64,000 nucleotides of DNA, from contig AP026147.1 in assembly GCA_030295235.1 (NCBI GenBank), forward strand, positions 310,001 through 374,000, written 5' to 3'. A program made the position numbers and the translations under genes. The notes beneath the pieces were generated by a model that did no database searches, had not been told where the DNA came from, and saw only the letters and a list, made by a program, of their open reading frames with translations. Positions 35,951 through 48,469 of this stretch are shown here, piece by piece. The DNA comes from Fistulifera solaris (taxonomy: Eukaryota). Each line of letters begins with the position of its first letter. Positions within the stretch are counted from its first letter, which is position 1.

Positions 35951-37520
35951 CTCCCGGCAATGTCCTTCAAAACTATGTGCAAAGATATGCAGGCAATTTA
36001 TACAATCTGCTGAAGTTGAATAATAATAGATATCATTTATTTGAAAAGTACATGCATCATACAATATGACATGAGCTAGAGACTAGAATCGAGCTCTGCC
36101 TAGCTTAGAAACATCTCGAAGCCTTAGCTTCTGCAGCAGCCTCCACGTCCCACGTTTGACGATGATGTGTCTTTCATCGTGTCTTCTCGTACTGTTTGTT
36201 TCGAATTGCCATCTTGCACTTGCACTTTTCTTTGGGTGTGATTGATTGACGTGTCTTCCGACTTCCGATCGTCATGCGACATGATGCTACTTCTTGTCGT
36301 ACATTCGCAATTTCGTAAGCAACCTGGCGGCGTGCGTCATTTTTCGGTCCTCCACCTGCCTAAACCTTAACGCTAACGCGACCTCTTTCCAGGAGAGCAC
36401 CGACGACAAGATTAAGATTGGGGTGATGGCTAGAGCTCATGACTCATGACCAAGGAAATAACTTGCTCATGACTAGTCGGATTTTGCCTCCATCTTGCAT
36501 CGAAACAAACGAGAATGTAAGTACGGATAGTATAGAAATTCATCGAAATATGGGCAACAGGAACACTTTAGTTCATATCTAGCGACTTGAATTTAAACGG
36601 CGAAATTTGACGACTGTAAAAGGTGCGTTATCATCCTAGATTGCACTTAGTGATGACACGACCGAAACCTGAACTGGTCGTCTACGAGCCGTCTCTCTAG
36701 TATTTCGTGGCTAGCTATCAAGCTAAAAAAGAGCCTAGATGCAAACCCATTTGTCTGGAGTTACGATGCTCGTTATCATGCCTCTGTGATCCTCATTTGC
36801 ATCCGTCGGCTGGATTCTCCTCAATAGACATTTCTTGTAAAGGGATTATTACCTCAATATCATACGGAGTATCATTTTTCCCAAATTTTGAGCCTAAGTT
36901 GGCGTTGTCAACCTCTTTCACTGGTATCAAAGACTTAGCTAGAGAGTCGAAATACCATTTGCCATTACAAGACACGCAACCTTATTCGGTTGTAAAAGAG
37001 AGAAGACGATGCCATGAATGAAAAGTGGCACGAGGTGTCGGATGGCCAATGGCTGGGGGCCAAGGGTCCGATTTTCTATCTATTTGAAAGTACTAAATTC
37101 TCCTCGACCAGTCTTGGCTTGTGACCTCGAAAAGTGACAAAAAGTGCGAAAGTCCCCGCCCGAAGGAATGTCGCACCATAGAATGCATACTATCTGTGTC
37201 ACACTAACATCGTCATCGCCATCCTCAACGAAAATTGGGTCACAGAGTCACAACTCCGCAAACGAAAAAGTCCCAATCTCGAGCTCCTGTTTGCGGAGCA
37301 AAACAATCATTCGTTTTATACCCTTCTAGCCTCCTTTATCGTAACATAGAGTCTATCCTTTGATTCTTGACGGTTCCTTGCGCTTTAATTGTCGTAAAAA
37401 ACAAAGGATCAACGATTCGTGGCACCTTTTAGTCCGGCTTTTGAGCAATTGAGAAAAGCGGCCCTTTGCGCTGTGTTTACGAGCAACAACCCGTAATTTA
37501 CGAATCAACAATTAGATCTG

Positions 37521-39136
37521 ATGGCGCCTCAACAACAACAACACGCCATGACTCCGAAACAAAAGGAAGAGATTGGAAAAGAGCTTGGAAAACCGCTTCC
37601 AGAGCGGCCAAATACATGTCGAAACACTCGAAAATTGTCAACCCTTCCATGGAGAAATGCATTCCCCGATTTGAACGAGATGAAGTGATTGTTGGTGAAC
37701 TATTAGGATCCGGTGGATTCAATGACGTGTACGAAATCAAACAAATAGCACTTTTAGAAGATTTGACACAAGCGGAACACGCCAAGAAAATATCCAGTCC
37801 TCTCCAAACGGAACACCGGGCGTTTGTCGCGAAGCATGTCTTCCGCGAGTCGTCTCAGAATTGTCGATACGCGGTCAAATTCTTGTCGGCGGATACATTG
37901 AATGATCCCAGTCGCTATTGTACGGGAGCAGCGGATCTGGTAGTGGTAAGTTGTGTATTCGTGTTGTTGTATGTGTTGTGTGCGTTGTATGGCTGATTCA
38001 CTCTTTCTTTTCCTCTCCTGCAGGAAGCCAAGTTTTTAGCCTCATTGTCGCATCCCAATATTATCAAACTCCGTGGCATGGCGGCATCCGGAACATCCGG
38101 ATTCGCCACCATGAATGAACGCGGTTACTTTCTGCTTCTCGATCGATTACAATGTACGCTGGAACATAAAATTGATCACTGGAAGAATTTTAATAAAGCG
38201 GCATCCGAGAAACAATCCAAGGGCTTTTTAGCGGAGCGACTGCATGTGTCGTTTGACATTGCCGCGGCGTTGAGTTATTTGCATGCCAATCACGTCATCT
38301 ACCGGGATCTTAAGCCGTAAGTCTTTTTTGCTTTTGTGGAATTGTCTAGTGTTTTTTTTTCGCACTTTGCTCACCACATACACTGCTGTTTCTATCGGAA
38401 TTCAGGGATAATGTTGGATTTGATATCAGAGGTAAGTTTTCTTTGTGATGCCGCTATTTCATCCTTGCATTATCCGATCCTTGCTAAATAGTTTCTTCAT
38501 CTCCTTACAGGTGATGTGAAAATCTTTGACTTTGGTCTAGCCAAGGAGCTCGACCCATCGTTACGACATGGCTGCACGGAATTCTACGAACTTTCGGGGA
38601 ATACGGGCTCTCTCCGATATATGGCGCCGGAAGTCGCTCGTTGTGAACCCTACAATTTGACCGCGGACGTTTATTCGTTCGGTTTATTATTGTGGCAAGT
38701 ATGCTCCATGGATTTACCGTATGACGGGATGAACCGTCAAGACCATTCGGAACTGGTCGTTCACGGCAATGAACGCCCGCCCCTCGATGGTTCTTGGAGC
38801 ACGCCTCTCCGTATTTTGATGAAACGGGCCTGGGAGCCAGATCCATCGGTTCGACCCAGTATGGAAAGTATTTACAAAATTCTGAAACGAGAAATCTTGT
38901 CACTACGAGATGGCGACGAAACCGGTCTTGAACATAACAGCCGTCGATCTACGTTTGTTCTAGGACGTGATTCTCTGGCGAATAAGGCCCGCAGTGGTAC
39001 GGATGATTTGGATCGACAAAAGGCTCGTCTTTCCAGAGCACGCAACGGCGTATCGCGCGTTCCGGAAAGCATTCCTTCCGATAGTCAACGAGGTTCTTCA
39101 TCCGGTAACCAACGCTTTATGACAGCAGTTTCATGA
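37521..39136 (+). CDS. Protein kinase (TKL-like, diatom-expanded type); introns 37946-38023, 38317-38405, 38432-38510; frameshift ~37590
   Basis: LGSGGF, YAVK, HPNII, YRDLKP|DNVGFD (26-nt exon), DFG, GSLRYMAPE and DVYSFG motifs. Confidence 0.92.
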
Positions 39137-39345
39137 AGCCACACTTTGCCAAACTAAACTGCAAAGCTTAGAATCCATTATGAAGGAAATTGTCCTTTTT
39201 ATCTATTTTAGCGTCCCTCGTGATCTAGCAAGGAGCCTCCAAGCAGCCAACAGTTACTTTATTGATAGCACTCGGTGAACAATGTTCGTTGGCAGTTGTG
39301 CAGCTGTTAACTTAACTTTTAAAAATGATTATTGAGTTGAAAGCG

Positions 39346-41850
39346 TCATTGTATAACTGACTCTGCAAGGCTGGCAGTTGACACACTTCCAGCGCTCGAC
39401 ATCATTCGGTAGACCTTAGATCCGTCAAAGAACGCTACCTCGCGCTCACTTGTTGATCGCAGGCCCGCCTTGCCCTTTCCCAGGCTTTGATCGCCCCTTT
39501 GCTTTTCAGCATATCGTCAGGGGAGACTGGGTTCTTTACCCTCAAACGAAAGGAGTTCCCCATCGGGAACTGATGCAGGGACTTGAAGCAGCTCCACTTT
39601 TCCGCTATCACTATCAGATGCAGCTAGCAGCATAGCTTCGCTCTCGATTCCTCGCATTTTGGCCGGCTTCAGATTAGCCACCACTACAACTTTGCTTCCG
39701 ACGAGATCGGTCAGCTCTACCTGTCCGGCTAAAGCAGCCACCACCGTTCTGGGTTCCGGATCCCCGCAGTTCACTTTACACACGAGAAGGTTTTCGGCTT
39801 CTGGGTGTGGATCGGCCGATACTATGGTGGCGGCTCTAAATGCAACTCGACGAATGTCCTCTACTGGAGTAGCGTCCTTTTCATTCCTAGTATTCCCTCT
39901 ATTCCGTTCGGGCTCATCTTTCTTCACACCCCAGGTATCACGTAATGTAGCGACTCGATTCAAAACAAGACTTTCTGGGCCTGTCGATGAGGTGTCTAGA
40001 GCAAAATACCCACTTCGTTCAAATTGATAAGCCAGCGTTGAGTGGTAGATTTCTTTATTTTCGTCAATCTTTTCAGAATATCAACAACGTCCGTCAACAC
40101 GCTCGGCTCTACGATAGCACCTGGTAGTATTTCAAGAGAATCAGGGTTTATGTCCTTGAGAAAGTCGCCACTGTCCTTTCCTGGCTCTTCTACTTTGAAT
40201 AACCGGTCATATTGATTGATCTGGCATTTTACCCCGGTAGACTCTTCAACCCAATGAATGATTCCTTGGACACGGCTCATTCCTTCCGGTGTATTCCCTG
40301 CTCTCGTATCAGGCAAATATGTACATTTCAATTCAATCGGTTCCTGTGATTCAGCGTCGCGGATAATTTCATTGCATTGAATTACGTACGCATAACGCAA
40401 TCGTACCATCTCATTCGGCAGCAACCGCTTGAATCCTTTTGGAGGAATACCACCGCTCAATTTTCCTTCTGGGCCTTCCAAATCAAAGAAGTCGGAACGC
40501 TCAATGAATAAGGATTTACCGAAAGGAATCACACGAGTCCCCATTTCAGCCAGCTTGGGATGTTTGTCCACGGTGAACTCCTCCAAACCTCCTTCCCAGT
40601 TGGTAATGGTTACTTTGAGAGGATGGAGCACACAGAATGCACGTGAGCACGCCTCATCCATAACTTCGCGAGCGCAATCTTCCAAAACGGAATAATCAAT
40701 ATTGGAATCAGCTTTCGAAATACCCACACGCTCACAAAAGGCGCAACGCCGACGGCGGCACACCCCGTCGTCGTAAACCCGACAAAGTGGGCAGACGCGG
40801 ATCGTCCCATCCATTCACATGATTCTCTTCGACTAGTTGGATCAATTTGCGTTTGGATAAGACGGTGCTTTTGATGTTGAGACGACTGAACTCAATTTGA
40901 CGAGGCGTGGCAGAAATCAGACCCGAGGGGAGCAGTTTCTCGATGGTCCAATCATAAAAGGGCCGATGGTCTTCAAATTCCAATGTGCACAACGAATGAG
41001 TAATCTCTTCTACGGCATCGGAAATGGGGTGACTGAAGTCATACATGGGATAGATGCACCACTTGTCACCTGTTTCCTGATGCGATTCGTGTTTGATGCG
41101 ATACAATGTCGGATCCCGCATATTGATATTGGGGGATGCCATATCAATTTTGGCACGTAGCACATGTTCACCTTCCGCACACTTTCCCGCTTTCATTTCT
41201 TGAAATAGCTGCAAATTCTCTTCCACGGATCGACTGCGGAACGGACTGTCTTTTCCTGGTTCGGTCAAAGTGCCACGATACTCGCGCATTTCGTCAGCCG
41301 ACAAACTATCCACATAGGCGTGTCCATTTTGGATCAAGAAAATGGCACAATCATAAATGAGGTCAAAGTAATCTGAAGTCTTTCGAACCTTCCCATCCCA
41401 AGGCGCGTCACCGTCGTACAAACCACCCTGGATCCATTTCACATCTTCCAAAATACTCTCGACGTACTCACGGTCTTCTTTCGACGGCTGAAAAAGCAAG
41501 AAAGGTGAATTAGCGGAAGACAAAGGTAAGTAAGATTGTATTCATATGGGGTTATCAAAATAGAATACATCGCGTGTTGTGTGTCTTACATTGGTATCAT
41601 CCAAACGCATGTGACAAGCTCCTCCAAACATCCTCGCCACCGCAAAATTGAATGAAACGGCTTTTGCATGACCTAGATGCAAATATCCGTTGGGTTCGGG
41701 AGGAAAGCGTGTTTTGATCTTGGACGATTCGATGATTGTTTCCGAAAAAGGATCCAGCTGAGTATCTTCTTGTATGATTTTGGTAATAAAGTTGGGTGCA
41801 TACGCAAATGCCGACACTGCGCTCGGCATCAACCACAGGATAAGACGCAT
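39346..41850 (-). CDS. glnS: Glutaminyl-tRNA synthetase with plastid presequence and C-terminal tRNA-binding OB (EMAPII/Trbp111-like) domain; intron 41488-41589; several frameshifts
   Basis: VSA-FAY presequence; [69 protein letters not shown]-terminal [12 protein letters not shown]...[21 protein letters not shown]. Confidence 0.92.
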
Positions 41851-42307
41851 CGTTTGCTACTCTTTCTATAGTCCAGCGTGCGTTTATAATCGATAACAAG
41901 CGTGATGAAGTCCTTGGCGGTTATTATGCTTCGTTCTTGTGGTTCGTTCTTCTTCCTCTCTTTTGTTGCTTCCATTTTTCTCTGGCTCATCAAACGGCTG
42001 ACGAGAGTGTGCGGGCGGAGAAATTTGTTGCGATCGAGGATGATGTACGAGTCACGAACATAATGAGTCATGACCAGCGAGTCCCGGTACGAGCTCATCA
42101 AAGTTGTCAGACGTCATCGTTTCCGGCGATGCAGGTATCTTTACAATAGGACAATGTGTATAATACCTTTTTGGTGTCACTTTTCGCTTTTCCTCCACAA
42201 AACTCCAACATCAACCAACATTCGATCGCTATCCTTTGCTTGTCACATCTTTCATTAGACAAGTCTATAGATTTATTAACATTCGGTTCTCCAACTCGTC
42301 CGCAGAA

Positions 42308-43306
42308 ATGTCGATGCGCGTTTTCCTGCTAAGCTTATTATCTTTGCAAAGCGCCATCGGATTTGCTCCTCGCAGCACGACGATTCGCACAACTCCTCTA
42401 TTGTTTGTGGTCAACAAGCCGCAAACTCTCACGGAAATTTCATCACGAGGGCATTCTCTCATTTCTCAAAAATTGGGGATCAAAAATAAATCTCCGGGTG
42501 TCACCAAGCTCCTGGAGGTCTCCGATATCACATCCAGCTCCAGCGGGCAAGATATTGAAATTTCAGACCCGCAATCTACGCTTGCCTTGATTGCAAGCTG
42601 CCTGGTGTTCACGTCGCTGGTAGTTGCCTCGCAAACGATCGGATGGGAAGGAATCACGCAAGGCCTGTCCGATTTAACGGCCGATCCCCAGCAATCCCTG
42701 CAAGCGGTGATTGATTTTGTTCAAGAGGCCGGTCCCATGGGACCTCTGATTTTTGGGGTCGTTTATTTTCTGGCCGAAATCTTGGCCGTCCCCGCGACGC
42801 CCCTCACATTGTCGGTGGGCTACCTGTTTGGCTTTCCCATGGGTTCCGCGATTGTCCTCGTCGCGGCCACACTCGCCGCGAGCGCCGCATTTTTCATTGG
42901 CAAAACCTTTCTGCGGCAATGGATTGAACAACTGTTGGCGGAGAATGCCAAACTGGCCAAGATCGATAAAGCTATTGGAAGAGAAGGATTCCGTTTGTTG
43001 CTGTTAGTTCGGTTGTCTCCTCTATTTCCATTCGCTTTATCGAATTACGTGTACGGTGCATCGTCGATTGAGTTTGTACCTTACTTTTTTGGTACTTTGT
43101 TAGGATTTGCACCGGGTACGATGGGTATTGTGTATGCCGGAATGGTAGGGAAAGCTCTGACCACGGGCGATGGGAGTCAGCCGTGGTATGTGTATGCCGT
43201 TGGGTGCCTCGGTTTGGGGTTGCTGATGAAGCTAATCACAGATGTTGCCGGCAATATTGTCAACTCGATGGAAGACGACGATATAGACATACCAGAGGCG
43301 CAATGA
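42308..43306 (+). CDS. TVP38/TMEM64 (DedA/VTT, SNARE-associated) membrane protein with plastid-type presequence
   Basis: AIG-FAP cleavage motif; PATPLTLSVGYLFG; LLVRLSPLFPFALSNY; GTLLGFAPG. Confidence 0.88.
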   Translation: MSMRVFLLSLLSLQSAIGFAPRSTTIRTTPLLFVVNKPQTLTEISSRGHSLISQKLGIKNKSPGVTKLLEVSDITSSSSGQDIEISDPQSTLALIASCLVFTSLVVASQTIGWEGITQGLSDLTADPQQSLQAVIDFVQEAGPMGPLIFGVVYFLAEILAVPATPLTLSVGYLFGFPMGSAIVLVAATLAASAAFFIGKTFLRQWIEQLLAENAKLAKIDKAIGREGFRLLLLVRLSPLFPFALSNYVYGASSIEFVPYFFGTLLGFAPGTMGIVYAGMVGKALTTGDGSQPWYVYAVGCLGLGLLMKLITDVAGNIVNSMEDDDIDIPEAQ

Positions 43307-43494
43307 TCGTTTTACCGATCTGACTCGAACTGTGTATAATAGAAAATAAAGTTTTTATAGCATATGAGCCCCCTGTACATTCGTTCGCCTAAACTAAACG
43401 ACGATAATTTTGATGTGGGCAATATATTGAAACTACGAAAAAAGGAAAGAAGCCTGTTGCTTTAGAATCATCTGTGATTATTCCTACCTCCCTT

Positions 43495-44785
43495 TCATTT
43501 CACACCATCCGCCGGATCACCCGATGGACACATTTTGAAATGTCCTCCGAATTTCCAGTCCCATTTCTGACATTGTCGACTGCAATAATAGGCCTCCTTG
43601 CACTGCTCACAGCGCTGCACTTTCTTCACGTCCAAACTGCCGCACGCCTGACACGCTTTCGTCGCAGTCCAGCCGAAATACTGTTCAGTTTCTCCCTTAC
43701 AGTGGGCCGCTTTGGACGCCGGCGTGTCTTGACAAAATTTCGAGTGCAGCCCCATGATGTTGTCGCAATACTCTTGACACGCCACGGAGCAATAATGAAA
43801 GTACCAGCATTTCTGGCAGCGATGGGGGTGAGGATGACCCGGCATTTCAATGTTCGCACACGCCGGAGCGGAGCATTTGGGAAAGTATCGCCAACGTTGC
43901 GGTGCCTGGTCTTCGGTATACCGCATGAACCGCACCGAAAAGAATTTGCACTGCATCGAATTCCGAGCATTCCGGAGAATCGTCGTCTGGTGGTGCAACG
44001 CGGCATCCGTGGGAATACGTTGCAACGGCGCGTTGGGGAAGCACCGTGCTTCCAAACCTTTGAGAACTTCATCCCAGCCTCCGAGCATATTCCAGTCTTT
44101 ATCTAACACATCCAACATGGCGCAACGACGCAAAATGGGAATAAAGTCGTTCGGGTCAAAAACGATCGAAAAGTCGTACAGCGTATCCCATGTTTCACAC
44201 GCCACGGCCGCTAAAAATTCTTTGCCTTCAAAGTGAATGATCGTTTGACGAATATCTGTTTTATGATGCGGACAAGATTCGGCGAGGCGAGGAAGGAGTT
44301 CCAAAGTATTTCGGCACATGAGAATCAATTCGCCTTTCAAAGACAACCATTTTGGATTGGTGGAGGTCAACATACTTCCGACCGCATGATGCATGAGGAA
44401 ATTGATTTTATAGCGTGATTGCTTCATACTTTCTTTCATTTGACGCTGATCGGCTGCCGTGACCGTCTCTTTCTTCCACAAGGCCGTGGAGGCGAGCAAT
44501 GTCGAAAGGACCGTCTGTTGCCAAATCTGATAAATATCTTGCACAATTTCTTTCGTTGCCGCGGATTGGGCCAGGAAATCTTGCAATAACAGAATCAACT
44601 CGTCATCTTCCTGATATTCGAGTTGCAAATAAGGTTCTCCATTCGGATCGCGACGGGTGTCGCATTCTCGAAGCCAATGGAGATCGTCTAAATTCTCGGA
44701 TTGAGCGGTGGAGTCCGTCCCATTTTTGGAGGATCCTTTCACCAATTTCGTGTTGTTCTTTCGATTCTTTTTGCTTTTTTACCAT
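43495..44785 (-). CDS. Protein with two C-terminal MYND zinc fingers
   Basis: CSAPAC...CQKCWYFHYCSVACQ...HSKFC and CQAC...CEQC..AYYCSRQCQKWDWKFGGHFKMC. The ATG at 44785 needs a frameshift at ~44760. Confidence 0.8.
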
Positions 44786-45287
44786 AATCTATTCGAATGA
44801 ATTAATTATATGGCATAAATTGAAAGGATGACAAGCTTTTGGAGATACAATTGAAGTATCGGATAACAAAGGTATACTGTAATGCTTGCCGTGTTAACAC
44901 CGTGAACGTGAGAGCTGCGTCAATTGCGTGACCAGCAGCCATCAATAAAATAAGGCTCGACGCAGATCGGGTGCCGTTCTATCCGACTCTAGCTTTTATT
45001 AAGTACTCTTGCTGTCTCTTAGGACGTACAACACGGATCGTTAAATCAGACATTATTTTTCAGGACGGCACTGGTCAGTACGTCGACCGACCTACCGTTG
45101 AATATTTCATTCGCGAACTGTGCGTCGATGAGGTTTTTGATCGTACTTCGGCGATCGACAAGGCGAAAAAAAAACGAGAATGACCATGGAATGAAGTTAC
45201 AGACTAACTTATCTTAAGCAAAGTGAATCTAACATTAGGATGTATATTACAGTGAATTATGAACATATGTTCTGTCAAAATTGTGAA

Positions 45288-45812
45288 TTATGCGTGAAGG
45301 GCCATGGAAGACAGACCTGTAGATGCCATCGAAAGACCCTTCACGAAATTTTTCCCGGAAAACATCCGCCGAAACTTTCTCTTTGTCGTGGATACGGCAT
45401 TATCCACAACCGCACCTACAGATCCGGTCGACGATGATATTTCTCGTTGTTTTCGGATCTTCTGAACTTCTTTCTCGGCCGCCCGGACTTCTTCTTCCGA
45501 AAATCCCCAGACATTCAGTAGTAAATTTTTCCGCGTAATACTGCTCATGCGCAAACTGCGCTTCGATTCTGGCTTAAAGCGTTCGAATTCATCAATATGC
45601 AGTGTAGGATTTTCCACAAACTCATTCCCCAAAGCAACGGGTGGACCGACTTTTGTTTCCGGATGCTCGCCAACGATCCGATTGAATTCGCGAACGGAGA
45701 CGGTGCCAAAGGAAACAGATTTCTTGTAACGTGTTTCCGCCAGACTTGTTAGTGATGTGCAGGAGTTTTGTGAAGGAATTAATTCAACAGGATTGATATC
45801 TCGTGGGCTCAT
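45288..45812 (-). CDS. Hypothetical protein of a diatom-type family (KxVxFxxVxVREx.RxxGxxP....GPPxxLG)
   Basis: KKSVSFGTVSVREFNRIVGEHP..KVGPPVALG...R..LL..WGFS.EEV; ATG at 45812. Confidence 0.75.
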   Translation of the reverse strand: MSPRDINPVELIPSQNSCTSLTSLAETRYKKSVSFGTVSVREFNRIVGEHPETKVGPPVALGNEFVENPTLHIDEFERFKPESKRSLRMSSITRKNLLLNVWGFSEEEVRAAEKEVQKIRKQREISSSTGSVGAVVDNAVSTTKRKFRRMFSGKNFVKGLSMASTGLSSMALHA

Positions 45813-46501
45813 GGTTAGTGGTTGTGTTTTCTTTTTATGTTTTGATGGTGAATAATGGCGAGGGCGCAAAAATAGTTCGTGCCAACCTCGGTCTTCCGAG
45901 CTGTTCCGAGCGAAAAAGTGAAAACAGTTCGAGGCCTACGTAGAGCTCTGTAGAAATTGGTACCGCTTAACTTGCATCGGTGGACGAATCGTGCACCTCG
46001 TCAGCGTACAGTGTAGCTTTACTCTCGGTTGATCCAGGAACTTCCAGCTCAGATGATTCGAAACACGTCGTCTGCCAGCTGTCAGATTCACTTGGGACTG
46101 AGTCATAAACCGCAGTCATGAATAACGTACGTTCATCTAGGGCGACTATTTTTTCACAAAACTCATAACTGCGTGCTTCTATTTTTAGTTAGATCTACCA
46201 GCAGCAGTTATCACTCGCCATTCACATCGGAAAACTCGTGTGTCATTTTTTAAATATCAGGTGTATACGTCAAAAGAGGCAAATGTCGACCATTTCACAA
46301 GGTCATTGTCCTTCTTCAATCTGGCTATTGTAGTCATCCCAGAACAATTGATATTCTCAAGCGATTGCACTTGTTCGAAGTTGCCATCATCTATCATTCC
46401 GTTCCAGTTCGTGTTTGAGCGATGCTTCTGTGAAAACTGCTCTCGGTATTGTCGATGGTTGCATTAACTGCACCGAGAACTGCTGTGCCGGGGTTGTTGT
46501 A

Positions 46502-47730
46502 TTATACAATGGACGACAACTGTTTTAGGGGTGATGGCTCCGCCGGAGCACAATAGCGTCGTTCGTTGCGCAGATACGTAAAGGCGAAAAACCCCAAGAC
46601 GCTCGTCAACAATCCGAGCGCACCAATCCAGGTCATGGGTACACCAAAAAAGAGGCAGGTGGCGGCAATGGCAAAAGGCGTCGTAAACATCCCAATGAGG
46701 AATACTGCAGAACTGAAAGCTTACTCAAACAAAATGTAGATGCCCAGCTGGAGGGGTTACCGTAAGAATCCGACATTCTCTATCAATAGAGGCAAGCGAT
46801 CGTCGATGGCACTTACTTATAGCTCACATAGCAAATGCTGTTGATCAACGACAGTCGAATATAGTAAAGACAATCAATATGTGATGCCGTCCATAGAAGT
46901 CTCCCGATAAACGGAGCATAACCAATCAGGGCGGGTACCGAGAGAACGGCAGCTCCCAGTTGCTGAAATCGACACAAAAGATTGGCGTCATCTATTTGTA
47001 ATGCCACACTGGAAGCCCGATACCTCTTTTGAAACATACAACGAAAGGCAAAACACAGATTGGCAATCGTCACAATGAGTGATCCACGGAACAGTTGCGA
47101 TTGCGTCGGCAGAGACGACTCGAGCACTTGGTTGCCCCACGTACTTAACACGATGCCGCCCATCAAGAATGTGAGCGCCACAGCTTCCAGAGAAGTGACA
47201 TAGTCAATCTTCCACGCCAACGCCACCGCCGTTGTAAACAAGGGATCCGTCGATTTGATGGTCTCGACGTAGGACGCAGCCGCGTGGCTGAATCCGATAT
47301 TTGATGACAAAAAGTCGAGACTATTGAACATTCCGGCCAACCAGAAGTCGGCATACTCTTGCCAGATGGTGTTGAACGACTTTTCGGCAAACGGGAAAGG
47401 CACCAAAGAACCATTCATGGTCAAGATGAGTCGCAAAAGGGTCGAGGCGCACGTCAGTTGTTGCACGGTCAACAATAAGGGAGGCACGTGCCAGTCGGTC
47501 AACAAGATTTTGGTTGTGACAATAGCGCCGACTCCCACAAAATACCAAACAGCAATGATGAAAAGCAGTAAGACGCGTTCGCGTCGATCTGATGAAGAGG
47601 ATATTATTGTATCGATTGTTGGTGAAGAATGCTCGCGAGTGGGTGTGCCTACCAGCGGCCATGCCGAGCCGTCTGGTTCGGTCGTTGCTATTGCTTGCGG
47701 AGAATCCGATCGACTTCGAAACATTCCCAT
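46502..47730 (-). CDS. Triose-phosphate/nucleotide-sugar transporter family (DMT) protein; intron 46748-46816; frameshift ~46675
   Basis: IAVWY..GV..IVTTK, SYVETIKSTDPLFT, ANLCFAFR..FQK, spliced YN|WAS...LRRLF; multiple hydrophobic helices. Confidence 0.85.
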
Positions 47731-48469
47731 GGTGCTCTACTAATCGTCTGCAAGTGTTTGACTTGGTTTGGAGAGAAAATGAAAGATTATGCTACCGGTA
47801 TAAGCCAAAGGCAGCGTGGAAAAAGTCCTCAACACGAAAAATTACGTCTCCGTCGATCTGCCATTTTCAAAAATTCGATTTTCTCCGCCGCCTTATTTTT
47901 TCGCCTTTGCCGGACCGGTACTGAAGTAGCTGAAGCGGAAAATGGCTCCCTTTTCTACTAAAATGCAATCGACCTCTCTAGTTCACCGCTGCGGCATCAA
48001 TATCAAAAGCTCTAACAAATACGTTCACGACCTTGCTTTACGCCGTTTATTACTTTTCGTGCGTACATAGTCCTTCAATTAGACATATGGGGATCGTCCA
48101 TTATTTCGGGACTGAAAACTTCTGAGTCATTGGAAGTTGAAGACTGCTTCAATGTGTTGCTTTGTCAATAGGATTGTCGGATCGGGACTTCTTGGAAGAT
48201 CTTCGGTCGAGCTGACAACCCGCGCAATGAATGATGCTGAATGATGAGGAATGACAATGATAACACCCTTTATAGAGAGCCATTGTAAAGAACGAGATAC
48301 GTTTATACTTGTTTGTGATTCTTCTGTAACGAATAGTCATATATAGTTCTGTCTCGAAAACCCCGGAACCGCAATTAAAGCAGAATTTTGTGTCAGAAAA
48401 TCACCAGACTTTCCGCCTCTACAACAACCCTTTGTGCATCTCTGTTCTCAATCGGTATTTCTCGTAAAA

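Noticed and set aside
36358..36380. Telomere-like cctaaa/ccttaa/cgctaa run (similar at ~21915-21930)
   Set aside because: Only about three degenerate units; compatible with chance.
36793..36975. 60-codon minus-strand ORF with protein-like composition
   Set aside because: No ATG, no convincing upstream exon and no recognisable motif. It could be a gene relic but is unsupported.
29792..41850. Bacterial contamination or recent HGT suggested by the HPF- and GlnRS-like genes
   Set aside because: Both have spliceosomal introns and plastid presequences and sit among eukaryotic genes of similar composition.
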